From NCBI GenBank assembly GCA_009602725.1, contig WELB01000026.1:221990-285989 (forward strand): a stretch of 64,000 bases of DNA. Direction: 5' to 3'. Shown here in pieces: positions 56,515-64,000 of this stretch (its first letter is position 1; each line of letters begins with the position of its first letter). Under the pieces are notes generated by a model. That model was not told the origin of the DNA. It saw only the letters and a program-made list of their open reading frames with translations, and made no database searches. The position numbers and the translations under genes were made by a program. The DNA is from Spirogloea muscicola (Eukaryota).

Positions 56515-59203
56515 CTATGCCTTCGGTTGGCTTAAGAATTCTTGCGTGCACTTTGCATAGTGGGAAAGGATCTCAAGTGTGCTGTTGTCTTTGTCATACA
56601 CTGAGTACCACCCTGGCGGCTCATGAGGAGGGTCGCCAAGCCGCCTGGGCCCAGGATCGGAAGGGCGGCCCTCTCCAGACCAGGCCCAAAACATTTGACC
56701 TGCCATTAAGTCGTTCTTGACAAGCCGCATGACTGCAGCACCAAAGCAGCATGTCAGTTAAAATAGATGGACTGTATCAGCTGCGCCCAATGTCATGCAC
56801 ATGCAGTATGCACCTTGCCGCTGGGTGCCAATACATCTAAAGAATATCTATCAAGTCTATAGTGAAGCCAGAACACCAATAAGTTCAGCAACAAGAAGCA
56901 GGTTTTCTTGCCAAGTGCTGTTGTTCTGACACCTATGTAGCAATTGAAAAATAGGTTGCAAGGTGCTCATAAAGCTGGTCCTTTGAGTAGGTAGAGATGC
57001 AAACTTCCTTCTCATCTTGTGACTCACCAGTGGCAGAGATGACGTTGAAGTAGGCATTGCGGTGAGATACTGGAGCTGCAGGGTTGTACCGACTGAATGT
57101 GATATTAGTCGTAGGTTGACACTTCCGACATGTGTCTCTCGCCAAGCCGTACTCCTCTGCATTGTCGTTAGTGAGTCAATGCGTCAGAGACTGAACATGG
57201 CAAATAGATTGACATCTATAGGCACACCTGTTATGGTCAACTGTCCATCTGTAAGTTGTTTTTGAGTAGATTTGGACTGTAATTCATCCTTGGGGAATTG
57301 CAAGCTGTTGAGCTGTTGCCAACAATACAAAACCTAGTTTGCTTCGATATAAGAGCAAAAGCAGACCTAGAATGACAGGCTTCTGAAAGGTCGTCCTCGA
57401 GTATTGTGCCCGCTGTTTCAGGTACTTGCTTGCATATTTCACTGCAGCTTCCAGATTTGCGATGGAGTCATTACTTGGCTTATAGAGTCCCCAGTTTTCA
57501 ACCCAGAGGTGGATGGTTGCATAGTCAATGAACGGGCTACTGTGGACCCTGATGAAGAGGCTGCCCTCGTCATCCTCCTTTCCTTCCATACCGGCGGTAA
57601 CAAGGTGACAGGGATCTAAGCTCTTAATGAATTGACCTACAAGAATGTGCCAGTGTGTACTGTGATCAGCAGATTGGCACTTGTGATTCAATAGAGAGAG
57701 CCATCTCCAGCATGTACCTGGATGAAAGCGTGCCTCTTAAGCGCAGAATCCAGCAGGGAAAGCACGTGTTTGTTTGGTGGTATTCACCGCGGCATTTCAC
57801 TTCAAGTCATAGCTTGCTAGTCTTACCTGTTGCGTCAACCCATTGTTGGGGAGGCTGCTGGGGCTCGTTGGCTAGCTCCCATGAGAAGATTGTGGGATCC
57901 TGTGTATACGGATGTCCTGTGATATGATTGACTCGATTTATGATTGCACGCATGTGTTGCTGAAACAGGGTTTGGCATTGTTTGCTGATGCTGCTGTCAT
58001 TGTAAAAACGAGCACTATACTCGATGAACATTGTCCAATTTCCAGTGAAGGTGGGGTAAGAGGGAGGGTAAGGGACAGGTCCAGATGCTGGGTCCACCCA
58101 GTTCACATACTGCGCAAATCCCCCTGTGTCATGCCAGAAGTCATTGAGGACCATAGTTGCCTTCATGTCCCTCTGGCGCAGTTGCACAAGCATGTAGTCA
58201 AGCCCCTTGAAGACGGCCTCATTTACAAAACCTGGCCTGTAGACTTTAGCACTTGTTAGCAAGGATCACATGCAAACGCTTCATAAGAGAAGAAGCTTGT
58301 GATCACTCTCCTTGCCTTGTAGTGACTGAGGATTGTCATTGTCCTTGATATAGAGGATAGAACTCCAAACTATACTACTGATCAATAAGAGCAAGCGCTG
58401 GCCAAGACGATGCAGCTTCAGGCTCAGCTGAGCGGTTCAGCCTCCTTGCCTCCAACTTTTTGTTCTCTTAGCAGCTCACGAAGCACTTGCCTGGGAAAGA
58501 GCGTAGGGGTCCACCGGTACGGGGATTTATCAGGTCCCTCAGTTGCAGCCATGAGCCGGACATTATTGAAGCCGAGGCGTGCAAGCAGGTCAAGATCGTT
58601 GGCAAGCCGGGTGCGATTGCCACCATCACCTTCTTCCATCGCCAGCCACACTCCTTCCCAGTAATTTGTGCCTGCGGGGATTAGTCACCTTAGGCCCCAC
58701 TGCATACTGGTGATACATTGCCACCTTAGGTTCCACTGCATACCGAGATTGTAAGAGGAAGTTTCTGGCAGCCCCCTGAGGGCCACAAATCCCATTGTGC
58801 AGGATTGAAGTCATGATTCATGCATGATATCCGGACACAATTGTAGTTCACAGACTCGACCAGAAATGGCAAACACGTGTTGCCGCACAAAGTGACGTGA
58901 CTGCAGCAAGGATCAGTTGGAGCTTCGCCCAGGGATGACAGGGCCCGGTCATCACTGACCAACTGCGTAATAAGTTCTTCCCTCCAAGCTGAACATCGTA
59001 CGTCTGCCAGAGTGGATGCGCACAAAGCCGCATTGCTGCAGGCTGCACTTCTGCCGAGGAGCAAGGCGGCTGATGGCCGAGGCCGGCGCAACAGGCCGCC
59101 GCACCAGGCCCCCAGCACCAGGCTGATCATCTGCGGTTGCCGCTAGGAGCAAAGACAACAGCAGGGCAGGAAGCACAGCGGGGAGCAAGCCCGGCGCTGC
59201 CAT
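56515..59203 (-). CDS. Secreted GH5 (subfamily 7) beta-mannanase/mannosidase, multi-exon
   Basis: Signal peptide LLPAVLPALLLSLLLAATA; GTNYW; GLDYML; WELANEP (acid/base Glu); TIHLWVENWG; KPVIL|EEYG (nucleophile Glu); FWAW; GDPPHEPPGWYSVYD. Confidence 0.9.
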
Positions 59204-60574
59204 CGGTGCTCGCAGAAGCGGCAGCGGGATTGCCGTCGTCGCCTCGCCGCCGCCGCCGCCGCCACCGCCGTCGCGTGGCTCGGCGGCGGCGGGGGGGCTG
59301 CAGCGTTCGCGTGATCGGACCCGCGGGAGTGCCGAGATGAGGGCTGCCCGGAAGGAGCTTTTCCGGGCCTGCCCGGGCCGCGCTCAGGAGCCTGAGCGCG
59401 GCATAGGCTGACCCTCCTCAGGGCACAGCGAAGGATCTGTCGGCCAATGGTGGCCAATGACAGCTGCCCGGAGTGGCATTTTGCGGCCTGCCCGGCGTCC
59501 CTGGCGGAGCCAGCTGGCTAGTACTTGTTCTCTACTACGACGTAGATCTCCATCACCTTCTTTTCTACCGCCAAGTAGTAGTAGCCACGTACTTAAGTTT
59601 AGTGACTTGTGCTTCTGAAGGGGCAGTTGCTTCATTGACCTTGTCCAACTCTTTGGGCTGGCCTTTCACAGCCATCGCCTCATCTGAAAGAGCTTTTGTT
59701 GCCAGCGATTTGCAGGCTGCTCGTCACCTGAAAAGGCCAACTCTACCTCGCTGGCGCATCTGTCCTGCGCCACCTCTTGTGCACACTTTGGCTGGCCATG
59801 TGCTGGCTTGCTCCCACTAGTCTAGGAGCAGTGCCCACTGGCTGCCTAGTTTCTAATGGTGCAAGGAGAAGTCACTCTGAGAACGGAGCAGTGGATGGCA
59901 CAGCCTGAGAGGAAGTGACCTAGCAAGGACCTAAGAACGGGCTAATCTGCTCATCCCGTTATGCTGAGGAGCCGCTCCTCACTTGGATGAAGGCGTCCTT
60001 ACCCATCATCCATCCCCGACCCCTTTATCTATGTCTCATCTTCTACAGCGATCATCTCTATGAGAGATCCTTATCCTCCCCTTTGCCTAGTTGTCCACTT
60101 CTTCGGTCAAACTTGACTCTGGAGGTAATTCTGTATCTTCATTGCTCTTTGGAGTGCTGACCCCTGCAACGTGCTCGTCCAGCTATGTTAATTTGCTCTC
60201 CTTGGTCGGCCTACAAAATCACCACCTCCCTAGAGTTCCCTTTAAGATTGCCTTTCTTGCATTGGAGCGAGCCTCTCTGCTTGCTGATGATCTTCATGTC
60301 ACAGAGATCATCAGCACTTCCTTGTCACACCATGAGATCTTATGACGATTGGCCAGTCGAGAGTGTAGATGTCCTTAGCGGTACAGATGCAGTCGGTCAG
60401 CTTGGAGAATGCAGTCTCATGTGCAGATCTTGCTCCTAACACTGCATACACAAGTGCGCTACGCTGAAGCATTCACTCGCTAGACTTTGCAATTCTCAGC
60501 GACTTATGCTATTTTGTGCTGCTAGATTTGGTGTCCAAGGCCTTTGCTCCTCCTTGAGAGCACCAGCTCCCGTG

Positions 60575-60810
60575 CCGGTGCTCCAGTTCTCATGCTTAGC
60601 TTGTCTGACTTGTATGTGCTCACTCGTGGGTACCTGAATTAAGCCTCCCTGCTCCTGGCGCCCTGCTTCCTTCGCCCCTCTTCATCCAGAGCTTCATTTT
60701 GTCTAGCCTCATCATTATTTGCTCTTTATTTGCCATCAGCACGAATGGTGTAGTGGCTTTGCTTGGCTTTGCTTGAAATTTCTTTTCATGCGCACTGCGC
60801 GCCCTCGCCC
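60575..60810. repeat. Second dispersed repeat family, homologous to 10885-11075
   Basis: Shared GTGCTCACTCGTGGGTACC and TTTCATGCGCACTGCGCGCCCTCGC blocks. Confidence 0.7.
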
Positions 60811-61514
60811 TCTTATTCAGGATACTCCTCGTGCGCTAGAGCATATGGTTCCACACCCAGCTCATTTGGCTATTGAAGCAATGGTGCTCCTTGGCTGCTG
60901 GCAGCCACTCGCAGTCACATCAGATACTAGTCTGAGCACAGCTCTCCCTTAAGCTCCTTAAGCAAGGTAACTATAGCCACAAAGCGCTTTCGAAATTTGG
61001 CCCAGACTCTGGGTCGCGGCCTAAGTTGGGGCGACGCTGCTCGCAGAAGTGAGCACTCTCAAAGGGGGCGGGGGCTGTGGACGCCAGCCTAGAAAGCATG
61101 AACAAGGCCGAAAGGAGCCAAAACTACACGGCTACTGCTTGCTGGTCTGCCGAGCCGGCAGGGGGCAGCGACGGCAGCCATTTCCGTCTATCCTCTTCTA
61201 GCTGCGCGCGGCAGTACGATGGCCTCTCAGATGTTTGTCAGGTTTTGTTTCAGGGAAAAAGATCAGACCATGAACAAAACGCAGGCCCTGCCCGGCGGGC
61301 AGATCGAGTGGCCGCGGGTCAGCCCGTCCATACGTCTGACCGGTAGCGGGTTCAAATCCCCAACGGTCAAGGAGCTCGGGGAAAGCTGAGGGAGGGAGGC
61401 GCTCCGGACGAGAGCAAGGTAAGGGGATTGAGGTCTTACAGGGGAGAGGGGCGGTGAAGCTGGAGACCACACCCCGCTCACCGTGGACGCGCTTGCTCAG
61501 CGGCAGCCGCCATT

Positions 61515-61553
<39 letters not shown>

Positions 61554-61554
<1 letters not shown>

Positions 61555-64000
61555 TGCCACGCTCCGATCGCGCCGCCAGGCACGAGCCGTCGGAGAACGC
61601 CGTCTCTGCTGCGCCGTCGCGCACAAAGAGACACGCTGCAGCTGCAGCTTCCGCCGCCGCCACAGCCGCCGCCGCTGCCGGGCCGGAGCCTGCGGTGCTG
61701 GCGGAGCGCAACTTGGCCCTGGAGAATGAACTGGCTTCCATGACCATGGCGCTGGAGAAGGTCTCCCTGGAGAAGCGACATGCTGAGACGCTGCTGCAGG
61801 AGAGAGAGGCTTCGCTGTTGCAGAAGGCGGAGGAGGCAAAGAAGCTCGCTGGCAAGGTGAAGGACCTCCAAAAGACCAAGGTCTTCGCTCCGAAGCTGGT
61901 AAGCAGGTGCTAAGGCTGCTCATAAATCATAAGCAGACTCATGGAAGGTTCACAGTTGGCAGCTGCCAAAAGGGGCATACCTTTGTTGGAGGGGACGATA
62001 GATAGTCTGCCAGGAGCAGAGTCGAACAACGACACCGAAGATGATATCAGAGCACTGGCGCATGCATTGGTACAGTACTGCTACCCAGCCAGCACAATCG
62101 CTCGTCTTCGAGCAACTGTGGTCCAAGACCAGCCAAAGGCAGGAGTTGCATATTCGATTGTGCAGGATATCATACCACAAACCACAGCAGAGCCAGATGG
62201 CAAGAAGGAAAGAAGGGACCCCAACAAGCCCAAGCCACCCGCTTCGACATTCCTTCTGTGGTGCAATGACCATCGCGGCGAGGTGATCTCGGCTGCATTT
62301 GCTTTGTCACCTAGTCCTCCAATCTCATATTCCTGGCAGCTGACTCTGCCAATGTCTCGGAGTAACATAATTCTCCAAGGTTATTATGGAGCTCAAGTTT
62401 TGCACAAGCTCCCAGACGCAGCTGATGGTCTGCTTGACATTCTTCACTGTTTCAGCTGCCTTGCTTCAGATAAGCTAATTCATAGTTGAAGCCATCCAAG
62501 TTGTGTGTGCAAATGACTTTTGCACACGAATTCTTTCTCAACTTTTACTCTGCATCTGGCAGATCTCCAAGAAACACCCGAACGCAACTTTCGGTGAGCT
62601 ATCGGCTGTTCTTGGAGAGGCATGGAAAGCAGTGAGTGAGAAGGAGAAATTGCCGTACGTAGCCGCAGCCGAGGTTGAGTCCACCAAATACAAGACAGCC
62701 AAAGAGGAATACGAAAAGGTGAGCTGCTTAGCACTCTGAGGTTGATGGTCCTACATGTAAATGCTGATTAAGTCCGCAGACGAACGTGCAATAATCGGAT
62801 CCTCTTCATCCAATATAGTGACAACACTATTTTAATAATCGGAGGAGAAAATATTATGTTGGGCTGCGGTGAATTTGAATTATTTACTTCATATTGTTCT
62901 CAATGCTTGTTGGTATCCAGAATATTGCCTCAAAAAAGCGTGAGACTGATGCCCTCATAAAGCTCAAGGAGGAGAAGCGGGCTGAAGCTGCCATGGATCT
63001 CCTAAGGCAATTCGAGCTGCACCAACTTGTAAGTACAAGCGTCAGTGACTGCAAACTGCTCAGAAACGCAGAACTTTGTTGATGTTAGCCCACTTTAAGG
63101 TGTCAGGGACGCCAAGACCATTTGCACCCAACTCAATGCCTCATGCTAGTGACCTCTAATACTCCTTGTGCTGCTTGTCACAGGAAGCCCAGGAAATAGA
63201 TGGCAAGCCTAAGAAGTGAGTCAAAGCTGTCCATCCCTAGCTGCCCTATACTGGGTGACTGCCTTGTCCGCAGTTACTTGGTGTACTTGATGGACACAGA
63301 GGACTGTGGTTGCAGGAAGGAGAAAGATGACACCAAACCTAAGGCGCCAGTGACTGCCTTCTTTGAGTACTGCAAGCAGCGACGTACTCTTTTGGCCAGC
63401 GAAGGCATCAGCTTAACAGTGCCCGAGGTCTGTACCTGAGTGATACTATTCTATGCTCCTAGAACGGTGAACTCCTATGGGGCCTCCACCTTGCATCTTC
63501 ACCTCAGAATACTTTTCATGCCTGTGTTGCTTATCACGGATCTCAATCCCCTAATTTGAATCTGAATTAACAGGCGGGAAAGAAGCTTGGTGAAGAATGG
63601 AACCTGCTGTCAGAGAAGCAGAAGGCTCCATACGAAGAGGTACCTTGACTACATCATTTGTGGATTATGTCAAGTCATAATGGGGGTCAGCGTATGCAGT
63701 TGTTCTCAGCCCTCTCCAAAACAAGCAATTTACTGTACATAGGTAGCTGCTGCCGATCGTGCGCGATACACAGAGGAGATGGTGGTCTACAAGCTTCAAA
63801 AGCAGCAGGTGCGGCCCTTTCACTATACCTTCATTGCCAGGCGAGACAAGCACAACTCAAGTATAGACAACCTTCTCAGTAGCATCCCTGTTTGACATTT
63901 GCGAGAAGCTGTATATTGCATGGAGGTGGATCTCAATGCCCTGTGTATGCCTGTCAGGAGCTGGAGGCTATCAAGGCCCTGGTCAATGCTGCACTAGCAA
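61554..64000 (+). CDS. 3xHMG-box chromosomal protein (partial; continues beyond the window)
   Basis: N-terminal coiled coil ending KVKDLQKTKVFAPKL; HMG box 1 DPNKPKPPASTFLLWC...LGEAWKAVSEKEKLPY; HMG box 2 KPKAPVTAFFEYC...LGEEWNLLSEKQKAPYEE. Confidence 0.85.

Noticed and set aside
61300..61370. tRNA-like B-box GGTTCAAATCCC (also GGTTCGAGCCC at ~53044)
   Set aside because: No complete T-stem, acceptor stem or anticodon arm.

Overview
Gene-dense, intron-rich eukaryotic nuclear DNA from a green plant lineage, most consistent with a streptophyte alga. This is an inference from GapB with a CP12-like tail, a 3xHMG-box gene, CYSTM, DUF674, TTTAGGG-type repeats, GC-rich gene starts and a retained Pol iota. 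About 17 protein genes could be assembled by hand from exons: a small plastid membrane protein, RNA Pol III C11/RPC10, CSP41a, SAH hydrolase, DUF674, SERF, an ARM-repeat protein, an MRS2/CorA channel, Y-family Pol iota, GapB, TRM8/METTL1, CYSTM, an alpha/beta hydrolase, an LTA4H-like M1 peptidase, pyridoxal reductase PLR1, a GH5_7 mannosidase and 3xHMG-box. Most sit in head-to-head pairs. There is also a decayed mitochondrial insertion (rps11+atp9), two assembly gaps, microsatellites and dispersed repeats. Highlights: (1) a putatively mitochondrial MRS2 Mg2+ channel fused to C-terminal EF-hands; (2) a Pol iota catalytic core with a Pol eta-style UBZ/PIP tail; (3) a GH5_7 of the microbial exo-mannosidase type (HGT candidate); (4) an unnamed ~90-bp dispersed element with a conserved hairpin; (5) three GC-AG introns, one with a G4 motif and complementary telomere-like arms. 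All gene models and family calls come from reading the sequence, without database searches.
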